Of a stretch of DNA of 64,000 nt, positions 29,753-38,774 are shown piece by piece (positions within the stretch are counted from its first letter, which is position 1; each line of letters opens with the position of its first letter). The notes under the pieces are model-generated. The model did no database searches, was not told where the DNA came from, and worked only from the letters and a program-made list of their open reading frames with translations. The stretch is from NCBI GenBank assembly GCA_002792115.1, contig PFNQ01000013.1, forward strand, positions 7,236-71,235. The letters run 5' to 3'. The position numbers and the translations under genes were made by a program. Origin of the DNA: Candidatus Woesearchaeota archaeon CG_4_10_14_0_2_um_filter_33_13 (GTDB lineage: Archaea; Nanobdellota; Nanobdellia; Woesearchaeales; GW2011-AR9).

Positions 29753-31243
29753 TTATTTTCCGATCAATTTACATTTTATTAAATAAATTTTTGTTTCTTG
29801 ATTATAAATCAATTCAAAACAATTCTTATCTAAGTAAGGTAATTCTTCAATTCCATACCTCTGTTTTGATTTTGAGGTTATTACAATATAATTAATTCCA
29901 TACGCATCGTAAATGCTTAGGGCCTGTGTTTGGAATTTAGCAGTAAACAGAGCGTTCAAATTATCAAATCTTTGATTTACTTTTTTTATTAAATTAAACT
30001 GGTCATCCATCAAATTTTTTCTGTTTCCATAATAGCTTACCAAGCTGCCCTCTCTAAGATTAGATGCCACCACGCTTTTTTCAGGAGTATTTTGCTTTAA
30101 CCAGACAAAACTATTTACTTGTTCTGTTGTTGGAGTATCTTGATCAAGAGAAAAACTTAATGCTGGGGGAACAATTGTCAAAAGTAATATGATTGTTAAA
30201 ATTAAAGTTATCTTTTTAGTGTAATTGTAGAATTTTGTTTTTTTAATATAATCTGTAAGGTCAACATAAAATACTGAAAACAATATTGCTAAGATTATGG
30301 CAAAAAAACTTAATGATAATTTGAATTCTATTAGCTTTAACCATGATAATATCGTTGTTGAAATGACAAAACTAATCAATAAAAATGCCTTTTGATTTTT
30401 AAGATTAAACAAAGAATTATAGACCACATATATTCCTGTAACAAAGGGAATTATACCAACTAAAACTATTGCCTGTGCTAATGATAATTGTGGATAGTAT
30501 TGAGCTAGAATCTGTTGTGGGATGTTTTGCCAAATAAAGTTTATCCCTTCTGTCAATAATGTCTGTTTGTAAAATAGAAATTGCGTCCAAAGGTAAAGGA
30601 AAAAAGAGAAGATAATGACTTCTGTTTCAGCCCGGTTTATTCTTTTCTTTTCAATTGCTAACAAAACCAAATAGATTAGGTATCCTCCTAAAATTAAGAT
30701 TGTCCCAGAGCTGGTTAAGGAAAGGCAAAACATGGAAAAGATGTACAAATACAAGTAAAATTCTTCTTTAATATTTAAGAAGGCATAGATTGAAAGAAAC
30801 AGAAGCGGCAAAAATAGTGTTTGTGGCGTAAATGAATCTGTTGAGTATAATATTGGTAGGAATCCAGCTATTACGGCCGATAATATTGATGCTTGCTGGT
30901 TATCTGTTAATTTCTTGCTTATCAAATATACTAATGGAACAATTAAAGCGATTAACAAATTTGGTAAAATTTTGGCAACTAGTTCTAAAGGAAGGATTAG
31001 AGCAAAAAATGCTGCAAGATAGTGAAATAATGGTAGAAATACATTAGTTCTTCCTCCATAAGATAGAGGGTCATTGTATAAAGGCAATCCTGTTGAAGAA
31101 ATATGTTCCACCTGTCTAAGATGAAAGTAAGAATCGTATGTTAAGTTTGGCATAAAAAAAGCAAGGACTAATCTTATCGTTAAAGTTAGCATAAATATTG
31201 CCAATAACCAGTATTTGGTATTTTTACCCATAAACATTAACAA
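29753..31243 (-). CDS. STT3/AglB-like GT-C membrane protein with degenerate catalytic motif (paralog B)
   Basis: EL1-like TYDSYFHLRQVEH; VVASNLREGSLVSYYGNRKNLMDD aligns to V.SWWDFGYW....R.T..D of the canonical AglB. Confidence 0.45.
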   Translation of the reverse strand: MLMFMGKNTKYWLLAIFMLTLTIRLVLAFFMPNLTYDSYFHLRQVEHISSTGLPLYNDPLSYGGRTNVFLPLFHYLAAFFALILPLELVAKILPNLLIALIVPLVYLISKKLTDNQQASILSAVIAGFLPILYSTDSFTPQTLFLPLLFLSIYAFLNIKEEFYLYLYIFSMFCLSLTSSGTILILGGYLIYLVLLAIEKKRINRAETEVIIFSFFLYLWTQFLFYKQTLLTEGINFIWQNIPQQILAQYYPQLSLAQAIVLVGIIPFVTGIYVVYNSLFNLKNQKAFLLISFVISTTILSWLKLIEFKLSLSFFAIILAILFSVFYVDLTDYIKKTKFYNYTKKITLILTIILLLTIVPPALSFSLDQDTPTTEQVNSFVWLKQNTPEKSVVASNLREGSLVSYYGNRKNLMDDQFNLIKKVNQRFDNLNALFTAKFQTQALSIYDAYGINYIVITSKSKQRYGIEELPYLDKNCFELIYNQETKIYLIKCKLIGK

Positions 31244-31317
31244 AAAGACACTTTTTTTTATAAATGTGTATGTTCAAGCTCAGATATATTTATATCTTTT
31301 AAAATACTATTAATTTT

Positions 31318-31992
31318 ATGGAAAAACTATCCACCGGGGCATTATTCTTAGATCAACTCCTTAATGGGGGGTATGACCAAGATATTGTTACTACCATATA
31401 TGGTCCTTCCGGTTCTGGTAAAACTAATTTTTGTTTAATGGCTGCTGTTAAAGTAGCTGAAAATGGCAAAAAAGTTATTTTTGTTGATACTGAAGGGGGA
31501 ATTGCTGTTGAAAGAATAAAACAAATTTCTACCTCTTATAAAGATGCTTTAATTAATATGTTATTTTTTAACCCATTTAATTTTATTGAGCAAAATGAGA
31601 TAATGGACAAATTGAAAGAATTGATTAATGAAGATATTGGTTTGATTGTAGTTGATTCTATTTCTATGCTCTATCGTTTAGAATTGGGAAAAAGAGAGGA
31701 TGTTTATGATGTGAACATATCTTTAGGTAGACAAATCGCCACATTGGTGGAGATTACCAGAAAAAGAAAAATTCCTGTCTTGATTACAAATCAAGTTTAT
31801 TCTGATTTTGATGATCGTAATGAGGTTAAGATGGTGGGCGGAGATTTATTGAGGTATGGTTCAAAATGTTTAATTGAACTAAAGAGAAATAATAACTCTA
31901 GAGAGTTCATTTTACGAAAACATCGCTCCTTACCAGAAGGATTAGGCACTACCTTCAAAATTGTGCAATCGGGCTTAGAATCAATAAATTAA
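31318..31992 (+). CDS. radB: DNA repair/recombination protein RadB
   Basis: Short RecA-fold (224 aa) with Walker A GPSGSGKTNF and no N-terminal HhH domain. Confidence 0.8.
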   Translation: MEKLSTGALFLDQLLNGGYDQDIVTTIYGPSGSGKTNFCLMAAVKVAENGKKVIFVDTEGGIAVERIKQISTSYKDALINMLFFNPFNFIEQNEIMDKLKELINEDIGLIVVDSISMLYRLELGKREDVYDVNISLGRQIATLVEITRKRKIPVLITNQVYSDFDDRNEVKMVGGDLLRYGSKCLIELKRNNNSREFILRKHRSLPEGLGTTFKIVQSGLESIN

Positions 31993-32036
31993 AGCAAATC
32001 TTTATAAATAAGTCCACAAAACTTGTTTCTATAGCC

Positions 32037-32170
32037 GACGCTTATCTGTTATAGGATAAAGCATAACTGCGTGAGGCAAAAAAAATCGCAGTCAGTTAAT
32101 TCTGACTTCCATTTTTAGGCTTTACTACGCAAAGCAAAAAAAATCGCAGATAAGACTTATTCTTATCTGA
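32037..32170 (+). repeat. Tandem ~25-nt repeat units each followed by a perfect hairpin, upstream of rps2
   Basis: CTGCGTGAGGCAAAAAAAATCGCAG (32067-32091) + hairpin GTCAGttaattCTGAC; CTACGCAAAGCAAAAAAAATCGCAG (32125-32149) + hairpin CAGATAAGacttattCTTATCTG (32147-32169); extra CTTATCTG at 32041. Confidence 0.6.
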
Positions 32171-32188
32171 TTAATATGAGGCAATAAA

Positions 32189-32794
32189 ATGAGCGAAGAA
32201 CAAGAGAACTTGTTGATTGATTCCAAGGAATACCTTAAGTCTGGAATTCATATCGGAACTAAGTTTAAAACGAAGTATATGGCCAATTTTATCTATAAAA
32301 CCAGGCCAGACGGATTATCCGTATTGAACCTTAAAAAGATTGATGAAAGAGTAAAGTTAGCCGCAAATTTTTTATCAAACTATTCCCCTGAAGAAATATT
32401 AATTGTTTGTAGAAGAGAGAATGGTTGGAAGGCATTAAAGGTTTTAAGTAAAATAACTGGGATGAAAGTAATTGCTGGTAGATATCCTCCAGGAATATTA
32501 ACAAACCCAAATTTAGCAACATTTATCGAACCAAGAGTAATTATGGTTTGTGATCCTTGGCCAGACAAAAATGCAGTTGATGATGCCCGTCGTGTTGGTG
32601 TTCCAATAATTGCATTGTGTGATACTAATAATCAATCCAACAATGTTGATTTAGTTGTACCTTGTAACAATAAAGGTAAGAAATCTGTTGGTTTAGTATT
32701 TTATTTAATTGCAAGGGAATATCTTCATACAAAAGGAGATTTAAAGAGCAACGAAGAATTATCTGTTCCTATTGACGATTTTGTTGAGGAATAA
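32189..32794 (+). CDS. rps2: 30S ribosomal protein S2 (uS2)
   Basis: Full-length similarity pattern to archaeal uS2 (LLIDSKEYLKSGIHIGT...VIMVCDP...PIIALCDTN). Confidence 0.9.
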   Translation: MSEEQENLLIDSKEYLKSGIHIGTKFKTKYMANFIYKTRPDGLSVLNLKKIDERVKLAANFLSNYSPEEILIVCRRENGWKALKVLSKITGMKVIAGRYPPGILTNPNLATFIEPRVIMVCDPWPDKNAVDDARRVGVPIIALCDTNNQSNNVDLVVPCNNKGKKSVGLVFYLIAREYLHTKGDLKSNEELSVPIDDFVEE

Positions 32795-32913
32795 ACATAA
32801 GGTTCTCTGATTAAATTTTTATTTTTCTTAATTCTTTATTTTTTTAATTCTAACTTTCTTCACTAATCTATCTGCTTATTCCATAACCTTTAAAAACGAA
32901 ATTTTTCTTTACT

Positions 32914-33897
32914 TTGATTATGCGTAAAGTAGTTACTTTAGGTGGCGGAACTGGCAATTTTACTGTTCTAAGAGGACTTAAGAAATATGATCTTGATCTC
33001 TCTGCGATTGTTTCTATGGCTGACGATGGTGGTAGTACAGGGATATTGCGAGATGAATTAGGAGTCTTGCCTCCAGGAGATGTTCGTCAATGTTTAGTGG
33101 CGTTATCTGATTCTAGTAGGTTAATGCGTAGCTTGATGAACTATCGTTTTGAAAATGGTTGTTTGCAGGGCCATAGCTTTGGTAATTTATTATTATCTGC
33201 TTTAGAGAAGGTTACTGGTAGTTTTGAAAAGGCGGTGGAAGAAGCAGGAAAAATTCTTTCCATTAAAGGAAAAGTTATTCCCGTAACTACTAATCCCGTA
33301 AGGTTACAAATGCTTTTACCCAATGGTAAGATCTTAAGGGGAGAAAGTGAAATATTGATGTCGAAAAAATCCCTTGTTGGTTTTCAAAGTTTATATTTAG
33401 AACCATTTCCTAAAGCCAATCCTCATGCTATTGATGAAATACTTAACGCCGATTTAGTTGTTTTTGGTCCGGGTGGTTTGTATACTAGTTTAATTCCTTT
33501 ACTTTTAGTTGAAGGTGTGGGGAAGGCCCTGAGGGAAACTAAAGCCAAGAAAGTCTTTGTACTTAACCTGATGAATAAAAAAGCCCAGACTCCAAATTTT
33601 AAAGCAAACAGTTATTTGCAAGAAATTAAAAAATTTATGGGCAAAGATGTTTTTGATTACATTCTGATAAATAATGCTAGGCCAGATCAAGAGTTAATTT
33701 TCAAGTATTCAGAAGAGAGCGAATTTATTGATAATGATCTAGTTAAAGATTCTCGAGTCCTTGAAACAGATTTGATTGATAAAGAATCTGCGGAATATAG
33801 TTCTAGTGATGCCTTGGCAAAAACTAGAGCATTAATTCGTCATGATCCTAAAAAGCTTGCAATAGTGTTAATGAATATAATGGATGAGAAATGTTAA
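32914..33897 (+). CDS. YvcK/CofD-family (UPF0052) protein
   Basis: TLGGGTGNF ... SMADDGGSTGILRDELGVLPPGDVRQCLVAL matches YvcK/CofD signature. Confidence 0.75.
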   Translation: MIMRKVVTLGGGTGNFTVLRGLKKYDLDLSAIVSMADDGGSTGILRDELGVLPPGDVRQCLVALSDSSRLMRSLMNYRFENGCLQGHSFGNLLLSALEKVTGSFEKAVEEAGKILSIKGKVIPVTTNPVRLQMLLPNGKILRGESEILMSKKSLVGFQSLYLEPFPKANPHAIDEILNADLVVFGPGGLYTSLIPLLLVEGVGKALRETKAKKVFVLNLMNKKAQTPNFKANSYLQEIKKFMGKDVFDYILINNARPDQELIFKYSEESEFIDNDLVKDSRVLETDLIDKESAEYSSSDALAKTRALIRHDPKKLAIVLMNIMDEKC

Positions 33898-34585
33898 AAT
33901 GCTGATTATCTTAGACTTAGATGATACTTTGATTGATACTTCTGGGTATTATCTGCCTTTAAAACTGCGTCAGGCTTTAGATGCAATGATTAATTCTGGG
34001 TTGGAGACGGGGGATAAAAAAGAAGAGCAATTGTTTCAAGCATTGTTACAAATTGACACTAGTTCTCCTAATGGTAGAGAGACTATAAAGTCTTTCTTAA
34101 CTCAATATTCTGCAGGAAATAATTCTCGTCTTTTTGAGGTTGGAGAAGAAGCATATTATGGTCCATGTGCTGATGAGTTTAAAATTCCTTTGTTAGATCA
34201 TACCAACGAAGTCATTTCTTATTTAAAACAAAATGGTCACATTCTTGTTCTAGTAACTTATGGGATGAAATCTGAGCAGCATAAAAAGATCCTAACATCA
34301 GGCATTAGGAAAGAATTATTTGATCAGATCATAATTGTTGATTTTACCGAAGGATATGATAAAGGGCACGTTTATAAAAAACTATTAATGGAATATGGTC
34401 TCTCTGAGAAAGAGATCGTTGTTTGTGGGGATAAATACAGTAGTGATATCTTACCGGCAAAAAAATTAGGACTTAAGACTGTGCATTTTAGACATGGCCG
34501 TGGAAAAAATCACCGTTATAATCCCAACGAAGTTGATTATTCAATTGAGAATATTATTAAACTTAAAGAAATTGTTGAAAATTAA
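33884..34585 (+). CDS. HAD-superfamily hydrolase
   Basis: ILDLDDTLIDT motif I and later VCGDKYSSDI motif; overlaps upstream gene by 14 bp. Confidence 0.65.
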   Translation: MRNVKMLIILDLDDTLIDTSGYYLPLKLRQALDAMINSGLETGDKKEEQLFQALLQIDTSSPNGRETIKSFLTQYSAGNNSRLFEVGEEAYYGPCADEFKIPLLDHTNEVISYLKQNGHILVLVTYGMKSEQHKKILTSGIRKELFDQIIIVDFTEGYDKGHVYKKLLMEYGLSEKEIVVCGDKYSSDILPAKKLGLKTVHFRHGRGKNHRYNPNEVDYSIENIIKLKEIVEN

Positions 34586-34612
34586 TTAAAACTTAGCGAA
34601 AAAATTATTAAA

Positions 34613-35311
34613 ATGAAAGTTGTTATTTTAGCAGCAGGGAAAGGGACTAGAATGTTACCCTTAACAGAAACATTTCCCAAGGTATTGGTGCCGATAAATG
34701 GCAAACCATTTTTGTATTATCTGATGAGAAATCTGCAGAAAGCAGGTTATTCTGAGTTTTCTTTGGTGGTTGGTTACAAAAAAGATAAAATTCAGAGTTT
34801 TCTGAAGGAGTATGGTTTTGAAGCAGAATTGATAGAACAAAAAGAACAACTTGGAACAGGCCATGCCGTTTTACAAGCCAAAAATTTTGTTAATAATGAA
34901 GAGTTTATTGTTTTGGGTGGAGACAATCTGTGGGGTGTTGATGATTTAAAAGGTATTAATCAAAAGGACGAATTTAATTATATCAGTGGTTTGGAAGTAG
35001 AAAATCCAGAAAAGTATGGCGTTTTAGTTGAAGAAAAAGGTTTATTAAAAGACATTAAAGAAAAACCAAAACAGTTTGTTGGTTATCTGATTAATACTGG
35101 GCTATATAAGTTTAAGTCTGAAGTGTTTACATATTTAGAGAATGTTATTCCTTCTGTAAGGGGAGAGATAGAACTAACTAGTGCGATTGCTAAGATGGCA
35201 GAAAAGAATAAAGTTAAGGTTTTAAGGGTTTTAACTTATTGGAAGGATCTTGGTTGTATCAAAGATGTAGAACCATTAGAACATTTCTTGAAAGAAGTAT
35301 GGTCAGAATAA
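34613..35311 (+). CDS. Sugar-1-phosphate nucleotidyltransferase
   Basis: MKVVILAAGKGTRMLPLT...PKVLVPI, GTGHAV, GGDNL motifs. Confidence 0.75.
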   Translation: MKVVILAAGKGTRMLPLTETFPKVLVPINGKPFLYYLMRNLQKAGYSEFSLVVGYKKDKIQSFLKEYGFEAELIEQKEQLGTGHAVLQAKNFVNNEEFIVLGGDNLWGVDDLKGINQKDEFNYISGLEVENPEKYGVLVEEKGLLKDIKEKPKQFVGYLINTGLYKFKSEVFTYLENVIPSVRGEIELTSAIAKMAEKNKVKVLRVLTYWKDLGCIKDVEPLEHFLKEVWSE

Positions 35312-35377
35312 AAATAATAATAAAGTAACTTTTATAAATTCTGGGTTCTTAATTATGATTTAAAAGAGGTTGATAGA

Positions 35378-36856
35378 ATGAAATTTAAAGTAAAAGATAT
35401 GGATATCGCTACTGGCGGGATTCTTATAGTTATTCTTAATCACAATGATGCCACAAAACTAGATCTTCATTCTGGAGACCGGATTTTAGTAAAAGCAAAA
35501 AAAAGTTCTATTACCTGTATTTTAGATATTTCTGAAAGTGACGTGGCTGTTCCTGAGGGAAAGATTGGTCTTTTTGAAGAAGTTTTAGATCGTTTAGGGA
35601 TACATGAAGGCAATTTAGTTGAAGTTAGTTTTACTGGTAAGCCAGAGTCCGTAAAACATATTAGAGAAAAATTACACGGTAAAAGATTATCTTACAAACA
35701 ATTGTATCATATAATTGATGACATCACCCATGATCGATTAACAGATATTGAAAAAACTTACTTTGTTGCTGCAGGGTTTAGTAATGGTTGGAACATTGAA
35801 GAAATTGTCGATATGACTCAGGCAATGGTAGAAACCGGCACAAAGATGAAGTTTAAAGGGATAGTTTTAGATAAACATTGTATTGGTGGCGTGCCTGGAA
35901 ATAGGACTACGATGGTGGTTATTCCAATAATTGCGGCTGCAGGATTTGTTATTCCTAAAACCAGTTCTCGAGCTATAACTTCTCCAGCTGGAACGGCCGA
36001 TACTATGGAATGTTTAGCAAAGGTAGAATTGCCACAAGAAAAAATTAAAGAAATTGTTAAGAAAACCGGGGCGTGTATAGTTCATGGCGGATCAATGAAT
36101 CTTGCTCCAGCAGATGATAAGATTATTGATGTAGAAAATCCATTGTCAATAGATGCGGAAGGACAACTTTTAGCTTCTGTAATGGCCAAAAAGTATTCTG
36201 TTGGTGCCAACCATGTTTTAATAGATATTCCCATGGGTAAGAGCACTAAAGCTAACACCTGGGACAAGGCAAAAAGATTGCGAAAGTTGTTTGAAAAGAT
36301 TGGTAAACGTTTGGATATGAATGTTAAAGTCATAATTACCGACGGTACGCATCCAATTGGAAACGGTGTTGGACCGGTATTGGAGGCCGAGGATGTGATG
36401 GCCGTCCTGAGAAACGAAATTCTTGCTCCTTCCGATTTAAGGAAAAAAGCTCTTTATATGGCAGGAATACTTTTTGAGATGACTGGCAAGTGTAAGAAAG
36501 GGAAGGGTTACCAAATGGCCACAGAAATCCTTGACAACGGCAGAGCGTATAAAAAGATGTTAGATATCATTAAAGAGCAAGGTAAACAACCCATGCCAAA
36601 GTTGGGTGAGGAAAAGTACTATGTCAAAGCCAAGAAGTTTGGCCACGTAACCGAAATAAATAATGAGATTATTGCTAAAGTTGCTAGGATTGCTGGTGCT
36701 CCCACAGACAAGGGTGCGGGTTTGTACCTTAACAAGAAACCACATGATGTAGTAAAAAAAGGTGAGTTGTTGTATACTATTTATGCCGAGAGTAAATTTA
36801 AATTAGATTTAGCAGTTAATTTCATTAAAAAGAATAGTGGGTTTGTGATTAAGTAA
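35378..36856 (+). CDS. AMP phosphorylase (archaeal thymidine-phosphorylase-family enzyme with N-terminal extension)
   Basis: ~490 aa, N-terminal extension domain plus pyrimidine-nucleoside-phosphorylase core (GGVPGNRTTM..., TSSRAITSPAGTADT). Confidence 0.75.
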   Translation: MKFKVKDMDIATGGILIVILNHNDATKLDLHSGDRILVKAKKSSITCILDISESDVAVPEGKIGLFEEVLDRLGIHEGNLVEVSFTGKPESVKHIREKLHGKRLSYKQLYHIIDDITHDRLTDIEKTYFVAAGFSNGWNIEEIVDMTQAMVETGTKMKFKGIVLDKHCIGGVPGNRTTMVVIPIIAAAGFVIPKTSSRAITSPAGTADTMECLAKVELPQEKIKEIVKKTGACIVHGGSMNLAPADDKIIDVENPLSIDAEGQLLASVMAKKYSVGANHVLIDIPMGKSTKANTWDKAKRLRKLFEKIGKRLDMNVKVIITDGTHPIGNGVGPVLEAEDVMAVLRNEILAPSDLRKKALYMAGILFEMTGKCKKGKGYQMATEILDNGRAYKKMLDIIKEQGKQPMPKLGEEKYYVKAKKFGHVTEINNEIIAKVARIAGAPTDKGAGLYLNKKPHDVVKKGELLYTIYAESKFKLDLAVNFIKKNSGFVIK

Positions 36857-36876
36857 TCAATCCAATAATCAATCCA

Positions 36877-37392
36877 ATGAAACAAAAAGTAAAGAAGGTT
36901 TCAGTTGTATCTATGATTAACACAGATAGGCCTAAAGGAACTTCTTCAGAGATTTTGAATATTTTTACAAAAGAAATTAAGAAGGTTGAACAATCCTTAA
37001 AGAGAATTGAGGAGATTTACACTAAAGATTTGAGATGGTTTGAAAGATTATCAGATAAGATTGCAGAAGTTGGTGGAAGTTGGAAATTTATTGTTAGTTT
37101 CTTATTGTTTATCCTTGTATGGATGATTATAAACATTTTTGTTCTTGCCACTAAACCTTTTGATCCTTATCCGTTTATACTTCTCAATTTGTGTTTATCT
37201 TGTTTAGCAGCGATACAGGCCCCAGTAATATTAATGAGTCAAAGTAGGGCAGCAAAAAGAGATCAAGCAAGAGCAGAAATGGATCTTGAAAAAGATTTGA
37301 GAGACCTTAAAATTGACCAGAGTTCCCATAGAATATTATTGGACTTGCAGAAGGACATCGCAGAAATTAAACTTGAATTAAAGTTAAAGTAG
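36877..37392 (+). CDS. DUF1003-family membrane protein
   Basis: Two TM helices and conserved QSRAAKRDQARAE region. Confidence 0.5.
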   Translation: MKQKVKKVSVVSMINTDRPKGTSSEILNIFTKEIKKVEQSLKRIEEIYTKDLRWFERLSDKIAEVGGSWKFIVSFLLFILVWMIINIFVLATKPFDPYPFILLNLCLSCLAAIQAPVILMSQSRAAKRDQARAEMDLEKDLRDLKIDQSSHRILLDLQKDIAEIKLELKLK

Positions 37393-37413
37393 TTTTTAAT
37401 TGTTATTAAAAAA

Positions 37414-37851
37414 TCATCTTAACCCCGTGCTGCCAAAACCGCCCCTATCAGAATTTTCTATTTCTTCAATCTCATTCCACATATCTCGTTCATACTTTAC
37501 TAAAAATGCGTTAGCAATCCTATCTCCGCGATTGATAGTTATGTTTTTATCAGTCATATTATACAGAGAGATTTTGATCTCATCTTTTGGTCCTCGATAA
37601 TCAGAATCAATCAATCCTATCCCATTAGCTAATATTAAACCGGGATAATTTTTTGCTAAACTGCTTCTCGCACTTATAATTAATCCTTGTCCGTGCGGAA
37701 TTTCCATAATTATATTACTTGGAGCTAAAGCCCAACCTTTTGCAGGTATGACTATTTCTTCTCTGCTATAAAGATCAAATGCCGCAGATCCGGAGGTTTT
37801 GTATTCTGGTAAGGGTAAAGTTTGATCAATCCTTTTAATCTTGATTGGCAT
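37414..37851 (-). CDS. dut: dUTP diphosphatase (trimeric dUTPase)
   Basis: Motifs AAFDLYS, GLIDSDYRG, RGGFGSTG. Confidence 0.9.
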   Translation of the reverse strand: MPIKIKRIDQTLPLPEYKTSGSAAFDLYSREEIVIPAKGWALAPSNIIMEIPHGQGLIISARSSLAKNYPGLILANGIGLIDSDYRGPKDEIKISLYNMTDKNITINRGDRIANAFLVKYERDMWNEIEEIENSDRGGFGSTGLR

Positions 37852-37866
37852 TTTATTGTTTCCGAT

Positions 37867-38661
37867 TCAAAATCTGCGACAGAATATTAAAAATCCCGTG
37901 TGGCCCAACATTTGGAATTCCGGACGCATAATCTTATCTTCAATTTTCCATTCTCTCTCTAAGATTTCTATAATTTGTAGAACTTTGATCCTGGTTTTAT
38001 TTGTTGAGTCAATAAAGGTTTTAACTTGTGTTAGGTTTGGAAGATATACTACTAAATGACCGCCTGTTTTTAATGATTTTTCCGCATGTTCTATAACTTG
38101 CCATGGTTCTGGTAGGTCTAAAGTCAATAAGTCAATATTTTTCTCTTTAATCCCTTTGTAAATATCCTCTTGTTTAAGTTTTAAATTTTTAACTCCAAAC
38201 ATCTCTATGTTTTTTCTAATAACATCAAGGTGTTCAGGATTAATTTCATAGACTATTATTTCTTTACATATATTTGCTAAAGAGAGACATAATGAACCAG
38301 AACCTCCACCGGCATCTACTACAAAAGTGGTTTTATTTATCCCAGTTTTAGCTATAATCAAACCAATGTCTTTTTGAATCATAACTTGCGGGCCCCGCTG
38401 TAATGATTCCCATAAGTCTGCAAAATTTGGTTCTAGTAACAAAAATCTCTTTCCTTTATTAGATATGATCACTTCTTTATCCGAGCGTAAATCCTCACTG
38501 GATATTACTCCAGAAGAGGTATGAAAATTATCTTCTAGCTCTTTAACAAAATATTTTTTGTAAGTTCTTTCTTCAATTAATATCTTTTTTATGTTACGCA
38601 TTTTATTCTCCGAAAAGTCTAAACTATTTAAACCAATTAAACTAATATCAATTAAAAACAA
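37867..38661 (-). CDS. trmI: tRNA (adenine-N1)-methyltransferase TrmI
   Basis: VVDAGGGSGSL, DLPEPW, VVYLPNLTQV motifs of GCD14/TrmI. Confidence 0.8.
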   Translation of the reverse strand: MFLIDISLIGLNSLDFSENKMRNIKKILIEERTYKKYFVKELEDNFHTSSGVISSEDLRSDKEVIISNKGKRFLLLEPNFADLWESLQRGPQVMIQKDIGLIIAKTGINKTTFVVDAGGGSGSLCLSLANICKEIIVYEINPEHLDVIRKNIEMFGVKNLKLKQEDIYKGIKEKNIDLLTLDLPEPWQVIEHAEKSLKTGGHLVVYLPNLTQVKTFIDSTNKTRIKVLQIIEILEREWKIEDKIMRPEFQMLGHTGFLIFCRRF

Positions 38662-38774
38662 AATAGTACTTTATATTATTTTTGCTCTTTTTCTAATCAT
38701 CGTCCATTAGTTTAAAAAGAAATAACAAATAAGAAAAGATAAGAAAAAACAAGAAAAGAAATGAGAATCTCCCG

